NCBI GenBank assembly: GCA_016932215.1
Contig: JAFGDH010000019.1
Location: forward strand, 1,817-65,816
Length of the DNA: 64,000 nt
Direction: 5' to 3'
DNA from: Candidatus Aenigmatarchaeota archaeon
Lineage (GTDB): Archaea > Aenigmatarchaeota > Aenigmatarchaeia > QMZP01 > QMZT01
Shown here: in pieces, positions 20,009-30,246 of the stretch
Numbering within the stretch: position 1 is the stretch's first letter
How the letters are laid out: every line of letters begins with the position of its first letter
Notes under the pieces: generated by a model
Databases searched by the model: none
Told to the model about the DNA's origin: nothing
Seen by the model: only the letters and a program-made list of their open reading frames with translations
Translations under genes and position numbers: made by a program

Positions 20009-21265
20009 ATGGAGGAATCCGGATTTTCTGATTTTACCATGGAGCTCGGCGAGTTCGAGGTCAAAAAAACAGGGAAGTTCGACCGGGTCTGGGAAATGAA
20101 ATACGGCGGGAGCTTCAGTTCCTCCCCGGTCATCTGTGACGGCATAATTTACGTCGGGAACCACGACAGCCACCTTTATGCCATAAAGACATCCGGCGAG
20201 CTTCTCTGGAAGACCAGGCTGAGCGGGAGGACCACGCTCTCAGAGCCCGTTATAGACGGGAAAAACATATTTATAGGGGACTGCGAGGGGAACCTTTACG
20301 TGATTGAAAAGGGAAGCGGTAAGGTCCTTAGAGAATACAAGGCGGGCGGTGCGATATTTTCTACCCCGTGCCTTTTCGAGAACCTGATAATTTTCGGATG
20401 CAAAGACGGTTTCGTTTATGCCATAGACAGAGGAAGTCTGTCCGAGGTCTGGAGGTTCGGGACGGGCGCGGAGATACTTTCCTCACCCACTCTTTACGGC
20501 GAAAGGATATACATAGGCTCGTTCGACGGCAATCTTTACTGCCTTGACCCGAAAACAGGGAACGAGCTTTGGAGGTTCCGCACGGGCGGGGAGGTTTTCG
20601 CGGCGTTCCCTTTCACGATCGAGGACGGCGTGATCTATTTCGGAAGCTTTGACAACTATCTTTATGCGCTGGATCTGGAAACGCGGAAGGTGGTATGGAA
20701 GTTCAGGACCGGGAAATACGGTAACGCCGGCGTCCCGGCCGTCCGCGATGGCGTGGTTTACCACGGGTGCAGGGACGGGATATTTTATGCCATAGACCAG
20801 AAAACGGGCCGGGAGATATGGAGGTTCCGGATAAGCGGCGAGGAGATCCTTACCATCAGGCCGGTAATAAACCAGGGCAGGATATACGTCGGGGCGGGTG
20901 ACGGGAACCTTTACGTGCTGGACATGGACGGAAAAGAGCTGTGGAGGTTCAAGACCGGGGACAGGATATACGAGTGCTTCGCTCTGCACGGAGATACCAT
21001 ATACCTGGGTTCGTACGACTGCAACATGTACGCAGTCGACATCAATACTCACGATACGAAGTGGATATTCCCGTCGAGCGTAAAAACCCCGACGCAGATC
21101 AAGCCGGCCTACCACTGTTGGGAGGTGGAGGTAAAGACCCCGACGAGAGAAGATGCGAAGGAAAACGAAGAGGAAAAATACAGCATCAACATGATGGATA
21201 CCGAGACAACAAGGGACGAATACTCCGTCAAGAGCGAATACGTCATAAAAAGCGAGTACGCCTGA
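20009..21265 (+). CDS. PQQ-like beta-propeller repeat protein (BamB-like fold)
   Basis: Eight repeats of the G.(I/V)Y.G..DG.LYA.D..TG...W.F type. No obvious signal peptide. Confidence 0.75.
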   Translation: MEESGFSDFTMELGEFEVKKTGKFDRVWEMKYGGSFSSSPVICDGIIYVGNHDSHLYAIKTSGELLWKTRLSGRTTLSEPVIDGKNIFIGDCEGNLYVIEKGSGKVLREYKAGGAIFSTPCLFENLIIFGCKDGFVYAIDRGSLSEVWRFGTGAEILSSPTLYGERIYIGSFDGNLYCLDPKTGNELWRFRTGGEVFAAFPFTIEDGVIYFGSFDNYLYALDLETRKVVWKFRTGKYGNAGVPAVRDGVVYHGCRDGIFYAIDQKTGREIWRFRISGEEILTIRPVINQGRIYVGAGDGNLYVLDMDGKELWRFKTGDRIYECFALHGDTIYLGSYDCNMYAVDINTHDTKWIFPSSVKTPTQIKPAYHCWEVEVKTPTREDAKENEEEKYSINMMDTETTRDEYSVKSEYVIKSEYA

Positions 21266-21266
21266 A

Positions 21267-21641
21267 CTATTCCAGCATTTCTTTCGGGACGAAAACGTGC
21301 ATGCCTGTGTATTCCCCGGCAACTGTTTTCGGCTTCAGCTCACCCTGCATGGTTCCGCTGTTGCCGTCGAACAATGTGAATGATGCTTCTGAATTGACGC
21401 CGTTGGTGGACGGGTCCTGGAGCCATACGTAATGCTTAAAGCGGGGGACGTCACCGATGTTCATTATGTCTATACCCCTTCCCCTTATGTCATCCAGCTC
21501 AACTGGTTCTGAAAGCTCGGAAAAATAGCGAAACAGCTTGTTTCTCGCGTAAACTTCCCTGTCATCGTAATCCCTGCCTGTTTGCCGAACTCTACTCTCA
21601 CTGCTAACGGGGTATGTTCCGATCATAAAAACACCTGCCAT
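21267..21641 (-). CDS. hypothetical protein (124 aa)
   Basis: ORF only. Confidence 0.35.
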   Translation of the reverse strand: MAGVFMIGTYPVSSESRVRQTGRDYDDREVYARNKLFRYFSELSEPVELDDIRGRGIDIMNIGDVPRFKHYVWLQDPSTNGVNSEASFTLFDGNSGTMQGELKPKTVAGEYTGMHVFVPKEMLE

Positions 21642-21736
21642 TATATCAAAAAAAATTTATTTATATTAAATTCAGAAATAATTTGTCAAAACGTAAAAAT
21701 ATTTATTAAATGTTTACCTTTTTGAAAAAAATAAAA

Positions 21737-22075
21737 TTATTTATGATTGTCAATATTAGAAATTTTTTCAGAATATTTGCTGAACAACGAGTTCACCTTC
21801 TCAAGTTCCCTGGCCCCGCTTTCCGTTATGGAATAGTATCCCCTCTCGGGCCCCCTGTCCTTGGAGACCCCCTCCTTCCGGACGAATCCGCCCACATCCA
21901 GCTTCTTGAGAACGATGTATGCGGTCACGTTCCCGGGGGAGAACCCGAATTCCTTCCTTATCTCCTTCCTGAGCTCGTAGGGGTACATCTTCCTTTTCCT
22001 GAGAAGGGAGAGGATGTATATCCAGAGATTGTCGCTGGTCATGCTCTTCTCAAACCTTTCGGAGGGCGAACGCAT
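21737..22075 (-). CDS. PadR-family transcriptional regulator
   Basis: WIYILSLLRKRKMYPYELRKEI...GNVTAYIVLKKLDVGGFV matches the PadR wHTH. 112 aa. Confidence 0.7.
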   Translation of the reverse strand: MRSPSERFEKSMTSDNLWIYILSLLRKRKMYPYELRKEIRKEFGFSPGNVTAYIVLKKLDVGGFVRKEGVSKDRGPERGYYSITESGARELEKVNSLFSKYSEKISNIDNHK

Positions 22076-22107
22076 GATTTACTATTGGAAGGATCCAATA
22101 TATTATT

Positions 22108-22647
22108 ATGGACATCCCTTCCATGGTCAAACTTTTGTTAACTGATCCCAAGGCCGCGTTTGCAGGAGAAAAGAAGACTGAGCTGCCAGTGATCGTGAAA
22201 TACTTCGCCGTCCTGAGCGTTTTCTATGCCGTGATGACCAGCGTGTGGAACCTGCTTTTCCCCGGGATTGCGTTCTTTTTCATTTCACTCGTCAGCAATT
22301 ACGTGATATTCTTCGTCGTAACTTCCATAGAAGGTCTCATAATTCATTTCTTCGCCTACGTGTTCGGGGCGAAAGGGGGGTTGAAAGTGACGCTGAAGGT
22401 CGTGTTTTACTCCATGACCCCGGTCATACTGCTTGGGTGGCTGCCATGGATAGGGGCGCTGTTCAGCATATGGGCGATCATGCTCCAGATCATCGGTCTG
22501 AAATCCCTTCATGAGATGAGCACGGAGAAAGCCACGCTAGCCGTGATCATCCCCATGGCGATCATGTTCGTGTTCTATTCCATGTTCTTGTTTATGTCGA
22601 TGTTCTGGTTTTTGATGAATCCGCAGATAATGACGGGAATGGTGTGA
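22108..22647 (+). CDS. Yip1-like polytopic membrane protein
   Basis: 179 aa, five TM helices after a short N-terminal soluble segment. Confidence 0.4.
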   Translation: MDIPSMVKLLLTDPKAAFAGEKKTELPVIVKYFAVLSVFYAVMTSVWNLLFPGIAFFFISLVSNYVIFFVVTSIEGLIIHFFAYVFGAKGGLKVTLKVVFYSMTPVILLGWLPWIGALFSIWAIMLQIIGLKSLHEMSTEKATLAVIIPMAIMFVFYSMFLFMSMFWFLMNPQIMTGMV

Positions 22648-22769
22648 TTTCCTGCTATTTCACGCCGTAAATTATATATACTAACTATTTCATACTATAA
22701 AATAGATAAGTTCATTGGCAACTCGGAACAACATACATGGTTGTCTTTCGCTGTTAGGGGGTTGAGTTT

Positions 22770-24086
22770 ATGAGTAATGATGCTATCGAGATAAGGCCGG
22801 CTGAAGGGAAATTGGGGATACTGCTACCGGGAATGGGAGCAGTCAGCACCACGTTTATGGCAGGGGTCGAGATGATAAGGAAGGGGTTGTCGCCTCCGTT
22901 CGGTTCGCTCACCCAGATGCAAACCATACGATTGGGCAGGAGGGACGAGAACAGGACGCCGATGATCAGGGATTTCGTTCCCCTCGCCGACCTTAACGAC
23001 ATCGTTTTCGGGGCATGGGACATATTCCCGGAGAACGCGTACGAGGCCGCAAAAAAAGCAGGCGTGCTTTCAGAGAAGCATCTGGAAGGGGTGAAGGAAT
23101 TCCTGGAGAAGATCAAGCCCATGCCCGCGGTCTTCGATCATAATTTCGTCAAGAACATAAGCGGCTCGAACATAAAGAGAGCCCATACCAAATCCGAACT
23201 GGCCGAGCAGATCAGGGAGGACATCCGGAGGTTCAAAGAGGAGAACGGGTGTTCCCGCCTGGTGGTCGTCTGGTGCGCCTCCACCGAGGTATACGTGGAG
23301 AGTTCGCCTGTTTACGAATCCATCGAAGCGTTTGAAAAAGGAATGAAGGAGAATCACCCTGACATATCCCCGTCCATGATGTACGCCTACGCGGCCATAA
23401 TGGAGAAAGTCCCTTTCGCGCACGGGTCGCCGCAGATGGCGGTCGACATCCCCGCCATGGTGGAGCTGGCCAGACGGGAGAACGTTCCCATCAGCGGGAA
23501 GGACTTCAAGACCGGCCAGACACTCATGAAGACCATACTCGCACCAGGGATAAAGGCGAGGATGCTGGGGGTGAGGGGATGGTTCTCTACCAACATACTC
23601 GGCAACAGGGACGGACTCGTGCTGGACGATCCTGGTTCCTTCAGGAGCAAAGAGATCAGCAAGAAATCCGTCCTTGAGTACATACTCCAGCCGGACAAAT
23701 ACCCCGATCTCTACAAGGACATGTACCACAAGGTCAGGATCAACTACTACCCTCCCAAGGGGGACGACAAGGAGGGATGGGACCACCTGGACATATTCGG
23801 GTGGCTGGGGTACCAGATGCAGATCAAGATCGATTTCCTCTGCAAGGATTCGATTCTCGCCGCGCCGGTCGTTCTGGACCTCGCGCTGTTCATGGATCTT
23901 GCCCAGAGGGCCGGGATGAAGGGTATACAGGAATGGCTGTCCTTCTACTTCAAGAGCCCCATCCACGCGCCTTCCGTCTACCCGGAGCACGACCTCTTCA
24001 TCCAGCTGATGAAGCTCAAGAACACGCTCAGGTGGATGATGGGAGAAGACCTGATCACGCACCTGGGACTGGAGTATTACGACTAA
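22770..24086 (+). CDS. ino1: myo-inositol-1-phosphate synthase (archaeal/short type)
   Basis: GILLPGMGAVSTTFMAGV (NAD-binding), SMMYAYAA, GKDFKTGQTLMKTILAP, GWFSTNILGNRDG and ILAAPVVLDLALFM blocks match archaeal MIPS. Confidence 0.85.
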   Translation: MSNDAIEIRPAEGKLGILLPGMGAVSTTFMAGVEMIRKGLSPPFGSLTQMQTIRLGRRDENRTPMIRDFVPLADLNDIVFGAWDIFPENAYEAAKKAGVLSEKHLEGVKEFLEKIKPMPAVFDHNFVKNISGSNIKRAHTKSELAEQIREDIRRFKEENGCSRLVVVWCASTEVYVESSPVYESIEAFEKGMKENHPDISPSMMYAYAAIMEKVPFAHGSPQMAVDIPAMVELARRENVPISGKDFKTGQTLMKTILAPGIKARMLGVRGWFSTNILGNRDGLVLDDPGSFRSKEISKKSVLEYILQPDKYPDLYKDMYHKVRINYYPPKGDDKEGWDHLDIFGWLGYQMQIKIDFLCKDSILAAPVVLDLALFMDLAQRAGMKGIQEWLSFYFKSPIHAPSVYPEHDLFIQLMKLKNTLRWMMGEDLITHLGLEYYD

Positions 24087-24597
24087 AGGCAGTCGAGAAT
24101 CCTCGAGGAACCGCATCCGTTGTACCTGAAGCATTTCCCGCTTAAGAGATTTCCCTTCAAGTTATTTTATGCACATTTTTCCCAGCTTCGGAAACATTGA
24201 AGTGATCTACGTTCCGGATTTAAAGGAAAGCATCTTTATTTCTGCCCCGGAAAGGGATACGGGATACTCGTTACCGATGACATAGACGATAGTCCAGAGA
24301 GGTTCGATCCGGAGGGATTTTTTGACCCGCTCTCGCTCCCCGGAGCGGTCAGCGGTCTTGCAAGCGGATACAAGTTCGACGAATTCCTGGGCTCTGTCCG
24401 CACCTTCGGGAACAGGTACAGGAGAGAGATCGATTCCAGCCTGGGGGTAAGGCGGAACATGGGAAATCAGACCACCGGAGAAAACACCGGAATGAAATAC
24501 GGACGTAATAACAGGCAAAGAAAAAAACGTCTGATGAGATGATATCCCTCTCCAGAAATAACAGCAGAATCCGCTTAAAAGATTTACTCTCATTAAT

Positions 24598-25260
24598 TTG
24601 GATATTATGACCCAGGACAGGTGCTTCAGGAAGACGTACGGGAACGTTTCGGCGATGGAAATCGACGGGAACTACCACCTTAATTTTAGCGACAGGAACC
24701 CCATCGCACTGCCTTCGGAATTCGTCAACCCGGCTTTGCTCAGGGGCGCTTCGAAAAATCTCATCGTCCACTGGAACGGTGACGATTCGCCGGAAAGCCT
24801 CGTGGCGGTTTATCTCAACGACGAAAAGCTCACGAGGATATATCCTTTCGAAAAGGATCAGAGGACTGAAACATTTAACGTATTCTCCGCCAGCGGCCTG
24901 TCCAAGAAGGAGAGGGGGGACCCGGCGCCCGAGATAGCCGGTGTGATCCCTGTGGTGAACCAGGTGGTCCCCGCCACTGCGGCCAATATCGCTCTTTACA
25001 TGGACCAGGGAAACGGGCTGATTCACAACGTCTTTTCCGACGGCAGCATTGCTTTGGGCATGGTTGTGGGCGTGCAGGCGTCTTCGAAGGAGATGCCTTT
25101 CTGGAAGAACGGCCTGATCGAAATAGAGGACGGCTACGGGCTGAGATTCGACAAAAGGTTCTTCTTCACGCCGGGGGATCCCCGTTACGCCACGATTTTC
25201 ATGGCCGATGACCTGTCCCAGATAAGGAACAGGTCGGGCAAGCTGGTGCCCCTCGAGTGA
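24598..25260 (+). CDS. hypothetical protein (220 aa)
   Basis: ORF only. The antisense ORF 24349..25281 was rejected. Confidence 0.4.
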   Translation: MDIMTQDRCFRKTYGNVSAMEIDGNYHLNFSDRNPIALPSEFVNPALLRGASKNLIVHWNGDDSPESLVAVYLNDEKLTRIYPFEKDQRTETFNVFSASGLSKKERGDPAPEIAGVIPVVNQVVPATAANIALYMDQGNGLIHNVFSDGSIALGMVVGVQASSKEMPFWKNGLIEIEDGYGLRFDKRFFFTPGDPRYATIFMADDLSQIRNRSGKLVPLE

Positions 25261-25310
25261 GATTTCTGAGCACAATAGCACGATATAAATTTTACTGTTA
25301 ATTCTAGATA

Positions 25311-25802
25311 TTGGTTGGTGTTCACATGCCGAGAATTTTCATTGCGCATAAAGACGGTGAAGTAGGCTGGTACGCGACCAATTTTCGTCCTCCCAGAGAT
25401 GATGTCGTTTTCAGGACATATGATGTTCCTGAAAAAAAATACGGAAAAACCCTCGCAATCGCCGGGAGGTTTGCTTCTACTCTTAACAATGATAAAGAAT
25501 TGAACGTAAATGAAACGATTTCCCCTTCTTTGTCTGAACTGGCTTTCACGACCAGATTCAGGGAGAAGTACCTGGATTTGATGAATTCAATGAAAGAACC
25601 CCTGCCGGATCATAATTATGTTTCTTTGTGGACCGATGCAATCAGGATCAGGCATGCTTTATGGCCGTTCAACAATTACGCGGTCGAAGTTGCGGGGAGA
25701 GGTGACTTTCCTGTGGAGTGCTGCCAGTCGAGCGACGGGGACTCCATCCCCGGAGAGGAATTTTTTAATGGTCGGGTCGTCGTCAAAAGGAAGTTCTTTT
25801 GA
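25311..25802 (+). CDS. hypothetical protein (163 aa)
   Basis: ORF only. Confidence 0.4.
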   Translation: MVGVHMPRIFIAHKDGEVGWYATNFRPPRDDVVFRTYDVPEKKYGKTLAIAGRFASTLNNDKELNVNETISPSLSELAFTTRFREKYLDLMNSMKEPLPDHNYVSLWTDAIRIRHALWPFNNYAVEVAGRGDFPVECCQSSDGDSIPGEEFFNGRVVVKRKFF

Positions 25803-25838
25803 ACTCAATAATTTTAATAGGGAGAACAATTCTTTATA

Positions 25839-27014
25839 ATGAGAAGGGAAACCATCATTTTATCTTTGTTTATTCTCGTCATCCTTTCAAGCGGCTGCGT
25901 CACCGAGACCCCCAGGAACGAGTCCTCTGTTCCCAGGATACAGGAGATGGGGATACTGGAGGAAAGCATACCGGAGAGGTACGACATAATCTTTTCTTCG
26001 GTAAGGCACGTACTGGACAAGGAAGAGTGCCTGCAGATGAACGGGAAACTGAAGGACAACTTCCTCCTTGACGCTTCCTGCAACCGTGCCATATACCAGT
26101 CCGGCGATCTCAGGGCAAGGAGGCAGCTTTACCTGATGGACATGGAAACCTCCGAAACAAAAAGAATCCTGGAAACCCAGTGCTTCCATCTGAGCGGCCA
26201 GGTTATAGACCCGCTGACCATAATGACGCCGGCTGCCTGCTCGGATACGGACAACGATCTCCTGATCAACGACAAGGATTTCGTTCATATTTACACGTAC
26301 AACGTGAGCTCGAAGACGATGGAATGCCTGACATGTGAAAAGGGAATGGAGGCGATAAACAACCCCGACTGGTCCCCTGCGCAGGGGAAGATCCTTTTCT
26401 CCGCGAGGAACGGCAGCTTCCCTAACAACAACCACCTCTTCACGATAGACCTGGAAAAGAACCTGGCCAGGATCACTAACGACCCGGAATACATGGACTT
26501 CGATTGCTCCTGGTCGGAGGACGGGACGAAGATCGTTTTCTCGAGGATGCCCGTCCCGGCGTTCGAGAAGCCTTCGGGGATATGGATAATGGATTCTGAC
26601 GGGACGAACCTCAGGCAGCTGACGAAGGGAGGGAATAATCCCGATAACGAGGAGAATTTCGGGCCCTTCCCGGTAGGGATAGACGTCGACCCTGACATCT
26701 CCCCGGACAACGGCAGGATCGTGTTCTCCCGGCTCATCACGGGTAAGAGGAACATCCCCTTCGGCGTGTGGCAGCTGGTCGTGATCAGCCTGGCTACCGG
26801 GACGGAAACGGTGTACGACTCCGAATACGCGAACATGGTGCCGGAATGGAAGGAGAATGGAATACTGTTCATCCGCCAGTCCTCCGGAGCGAAACCGATG
26901 GACATAAAGCAGTCCCTCTACTATTTCGACCCGTCCAGCGTGGAGTTCAGGGAGCTGGAGACCTACCCTTACAGCGTTTTCCCTGTAGGAGCAGCGGGAG
27001 CGAGCTGGGTTTAG
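25839..27014 (+). CDS. secreted lipoprotein with TolB-like (PD40/WD40-like) beta-propeller repeats
   Basis: Signal plus lipobox LSSGC. Repeats DWSPAQGKILFSAR, SWSEDGTKIVFSR, DISPDNGRIVFSR. Confidence 0.65.
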   Translation: MRRETIILSLFILVILSSGCVTETPRNESSVPRIQEMGILEESIPERYDIIFSSVRHVLDKEECLQMNGKLKDNFLLDASCNRAIYQSGDLRARRQLYLMDMETSETKRILETQCFHLSGQVIDPLTIMTPAACSDTDNDLLINDKDFVHIYTYNVSSKTMECLTCEKGMEAINNPDWSPAQGKILFSARNGSFPNNNHLFTIDLEKNLARITNDPEYMDFDCSWSEDGTKIVFSRMPVPAFEKPSGIWIMDSDGTNLRQLTKGGNNPDNEENFGPFPVGIDVDPDISPDNGRIVFSRLITGKRNIPFGVWQLVVISLATGTETVYDSEYANMVPEWKENGILFIRQSSGAKPMDIKQSLYYFDPSSVEFRELETYPYSVFPVGAAGASWV

Positions 27015-27029
27015 TTCTTTCCTCAGAAA

Positions 27030-27593
27030 TCACATAACAGATATCATGCCCCGGAGCATTCCCTGCAGAACGAGATACGCCACGAGGAACGTGGCGACGG
27101 GTATTACGTAATACAGCAGCTTCTTCCATTCCTTACCCCGGATGTACCCGAAGAAGAAGAATACCGAAAAGGAAAGGTAAGCCACGAAAAAGAGAAGAAC
27201 GGGATCCCCGACCTTCGGTATGCTGATCATCATAGCCTGCATGTACTGGGGGACTGCGACCGCTTCCATCTCCGCCCTGATCATGTTCTGGAATGCGATT
27301 ATCATCGAGTTTACGGCCATTATGAGGGATATGAAGAAACCCGCTATAAGGGAGAGAAGAAGGTTGTGCTCTTTCAGCACCCCCTTCCTTACCATAAGGA
27401 GCCATGCAACGAAACCGGAAACCAAGGAAAGAGCGAAGAAATACGCGTAAGAGAATATCTCGCCGTAACCCGCCGGCGAACAGAAAAGGAGCACGAGCGG
27501 CGAGACCATAAGGATCGAGATGTAAAATATTACGGTTATCACCCCGAACACGCTGGCGGCCATCTCCCCCGGACCCGCTTCCTTTTTCGCCAT
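27030..27593 (-). CDS. membrane protein (about 6 TM)
   Basis: 187 aa, hydrophobic throughout. Confidence 0.45.
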   Translation of the reverse strand: MAKKEAGPGEMAASVFGVITVIFYISILMVSPLVLLFCSPAGYGEIFSYAYFFALSLVSGFVAWLLMVRKGVLKEHNLLLSLIAGFFISLIMAVNSMIIAFQNMIRAEMEAVAVPQYMQAMMISIPKVGDPVLLFFVAYLSFSVFFFFGYIRGKEWKKLLYYVIPVATFLVAYLVLQGMLRGMISVM

Positions 27594-27617
27594 GAATAAT
27601 ATTGGGCTTCCCTGCTT

Positions 27618-28205
27618 TTAAGACTGCTCAACCGGGACTATGTTCCCGTAGAATGCGTTCACGACCAAACCCCTTTTTCCGCTCATGCTTTCAAGCTGCG
27701 TGCCCATCAGATTAAATTCGGTGTCTATAATACCGTTCCCGATCAGCGGAAGACCATCGGATTCTTCCGGCGCCCTGTGAACGAAAAAGAAGGGATCCGG
27801 TCTCTTTATTTCATCGTAGGCGATGTTCCCTATGTCTGTTATTTTAGGGTTTTCCACAACCAGCGAACTGCCTTCCGGTATTCTTTCAGTGATTTCCCTA
27901 AGGGGCTTCAGATTCCAGAGTAGATAATTCTCGTCTCCCATCCCCCTGAGGTAGAACGATTCTTCAATGTCTTCAGAAAACTGGCGGCTGGGTGAATTTC
28001 TGTTGTTTATGTATTCCCTGTAAATCGTTCCGATATCTCTCAGTGCCTTTCTGGCACTTTCCGGGTCTTCGTCGAACATGAACATCAGGACATGGTTAAG
28101 GTTCGCCCTGTACAATGGGCTCATGTAGGGTATCTGGTTCGCTTCCCTTGCCAGAGCTCTCCTGTTCCTTGCGCCCTCGTTGAAATACGGGAGTTTAATT
28201 TTCAT
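27618..28205 (-). CDS. hypothetical protein (195 aa)
   Basis: ORF only. Confidence 0.45.
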   Translation of the reverse strand: MKIKLPYFNEGARNRRALAREANQIPYMSPLYRANLNHVLMFMFDEDPESARKALRDIGTIYREYINNRNSPSRQFSEDIEESFYLRGMGDENYLLWNLKPLREITERIPEGSSLVVENPKITDIGNIAYDEIKRPDPFFFVHRAPEESDGLPLIGNGIIDTEFNLMGTQLESMSGKRGLVVNAFYGNIVPVEQS

Positions 28206-28342
28206 AGTAAAAAGAAGGTGAGTAAATCTTTTAAGTACTGACCGGCCTTGCCACGGTGCCTTTCATCATCCCTTCCTGTTTCGGCGGATGGCCACTGCCG
28301 ATATTCCGGATTCGGCAGCGTCGCGCGAGAAAAGACCCCCAA

Positions 28343-28684
28343 TCATATCATGTACCATCCGGTTTCAACATGGCGTTCCTTCAGCTTTTCCGACTCCATG
28401 AGCCTTTCCGTTATCTTCCTGTTGAACTTTCCCCTGAAAAAATCCTTGACAGCCTTGCCGGACCCCGCGTCAAGGGTTTCCATCATGTCGTGGAAATATG
28501 ATCCCCCGTAACTGAAGAAGGGTATGCTGAAAAAAGGATCTCCGTTCTCGATTGCATTAACGTACGAATCGATTATCATGCTCTTCTGCCGGTTGTAGGA
28601 ATTTATGTTGAACATCGTCCATGTGGCTGCGGAAAATACGGCCGGAATGCCCACGTACAGCAAGGCCTTCTGGTATCCCTTCAT
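28343..28684 (-). CDS. hypothetical protein with N-terminal TM (113 aa)
   Basis: ORF only. Confidence 0.35.
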   Translation of the reverse strand: MKGYQKALLYVGIPAVFSAATWTMFNINSYNRQKSMIIDSYVNAIENGDPFFSIPFFSYGGSYFHDMMETLDAGSGKAVKDFFRGKFNRKITERLMESEKLKERHVETGWYMI

Positions 28685-29025
28685 AATCTTTTACTTTGGG
28701 GGTAAATCTTTTATTGAAATACTCCGGAAAAAACTGTAAGCGCCCGGAAGTGTAAAATTATCTCTTTCTTGTGTATTCCGTATCTACCTTTGTTTTGTAC
28801 AGCTTCAGTGCCTGCCTGACCTCGCTGTCCAGTCCTGAGAATAGCCTTATGTACTGGTTTTCCCCGAGATCGTTTTTAATGTCATTCAAAATGGTGTCAA
28901 TAGCACCAAATTTCCCCAATATCTTCAGCTTTCCCATAACCTTACTTCGAATGAAAGAATTTAAACCGTTCCTTATCCATGATATTCTGTAAATGTTATA
29001 AAGAAAAAGTCTCTATTTTTATTCT

Positions 29026-30198
29026 ATGTACGAATTCGAAAAGCCGGACTACAGGGGAAACAGCATCATTAATTTGATGAGTTCCATTTCCGGTAATTTT
29101 GGAAAGAAGCATGATTATCCTGAACTTGGCTGCCTGAAGTCCGGGGACCTTGGAAAATTCAGGAATATAGTTTTGATAGTTATTGACGGGCTCGGGTACA
29201 ATTATCTGAAAACCAAAAAAAGGTCGTTTTTGCTGGATAACCTCAAGTCAAAGATGACTTCAACGTTTTTATCCAGCACGGTTTGCGCGAACACGTCATT
29301 CTCAGTGGGATATCCGCCGCAGCAGCACGCGCTTACAGGGTGGGACATTAACCTTAAAGAAGTCGGTGCGATCACCGCAATTCTCCCGTTTGTCCCCAAA
29401 TACGGATTCGAGTCACTCTCGAAGGCAAATTTTGATATGAATGGCATCATGGATATAAAATCTTTTCATGAGGGCTTCAAAGGAAAATGCTTTACCCTGA
29501 TTGACAAAAAGATATCAAACAGCCCCTTTACGAACTATGTTTCAAAGGACACTGAGATAATCCCAACTGGAAATTACAAGAACACGTTCACCAAGCTAAA
29601 AAAACTAATAAAAAAGAGATCCAGAAAAAGAAGGCTGATTCACGCTTATATCCTCGAACTGGATTCCATGACGCATAGGGAAGGAGTTAAAAGCAGAAAG
29701 GTAAATGAAATTTTCTGGGATTTGGACAACAGGATTAAATCTTTATCCGAATCGGTTAAGGGGACAAATTCACTGATACTCGTAGTATCCGACCACGGCC
29801 TGACTGACACGTCCCCGAAGAATGAGATATGGATTGAAAATATTGCCGGGCTGAAGGAATGCCTGACGATTCCCCTGGCGGGTGAGCCAAGGGCGAGGGA
29901 CGTTTTCATAAGGCCCGGGAAGGTGAAAGAGTTTGAAAGGATAGTTAAGACAAAACTGTCAAAATTTTGCTGGTGTTTCAGGGGAGAGCAGCTGATAAAG
30001 GACAATTTCTATGGATTGGGAAAACCGAACAAAAAACTTCTTGAAAGGGTCGGGGATTATGTCTTAATCATGAAAGAGAATTATATCTTAAGAGATAAGC
30101 TGGCGAATTACGAAAAACCAGAGAAATTCGATAAAGGGCAGCATGGCGGCGTAAGCGATGATGAGATGTTCGTTCCTTTGATTTCCATTGAATGCTAA
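29026..30198 (+). CDS. alkaline-phosphatase-superfamily metalloenzyme (type I phosphodiesterase / phosphomutase-like)
   Basis: VLIVIDGLGYNYL near the N-terminus, LILVVSDHGLTD and QHGGVSDDEMFVPLI near the C-terminus match AlkP-core metal-ligand motifs. Confidence 0.6.
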   Translation: MYEFEKPDYRGNSIINLMSSISGNFGKKHDYPELGCLKSGDLGKFRNIVLIVIDGLGYNYLKTKKRSFLLDNLKSKMTSTFLSSTVCANTSFSVGYPPQQHALTGWDINLKEVGAITAILPFVPKYGFESLSKANFDMNGIMDIKSFHEGFKGKCFTLIDKKISNSPFTNYVSKDTEIIPTGNYKNTFTKLKKLIKKRSRKRRLIHAYILELDSMTHREGVKSRKVNEIFWDLDNRIKSLSESVKGTNSLILVVSDHGLTDTSPKNEIWIENIAGLKECLTIPLAGEPRARDVFIRPGKVKEFERIVKTKLSKFCWCFRGEQLIKDNFYGLGKPNKKLLERVGDYVLIMKENYILRDKLANYEKPEKFDKGQHGGVSDDEMFVPLISIEC

Positions 30199-30246
30199 AT
30201 ACCATTCCAGAAAGAAATATTCTATAAATTTGTCCAAATATATCAT

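Noticed and set aside
20483-21322. 279-aa minus ORF inside the PQQ-propeller gene
   Set aside because: Antisense to a gene with eight clear propeller repeats. Pro/Arg-rich composition.
23070-24134. 354-aa minus ORF inside the MIPS gene
   Set aside because: Antisense to a gene with strong, ordered MIPS motifs. Arg/His/Pro-rich.
24349-25281. 310-aa minus ORF
   Set aside because: Overlaps the + ORF at 24598..25260 and an intergenic gap. Low-complexity. Judged spurious.
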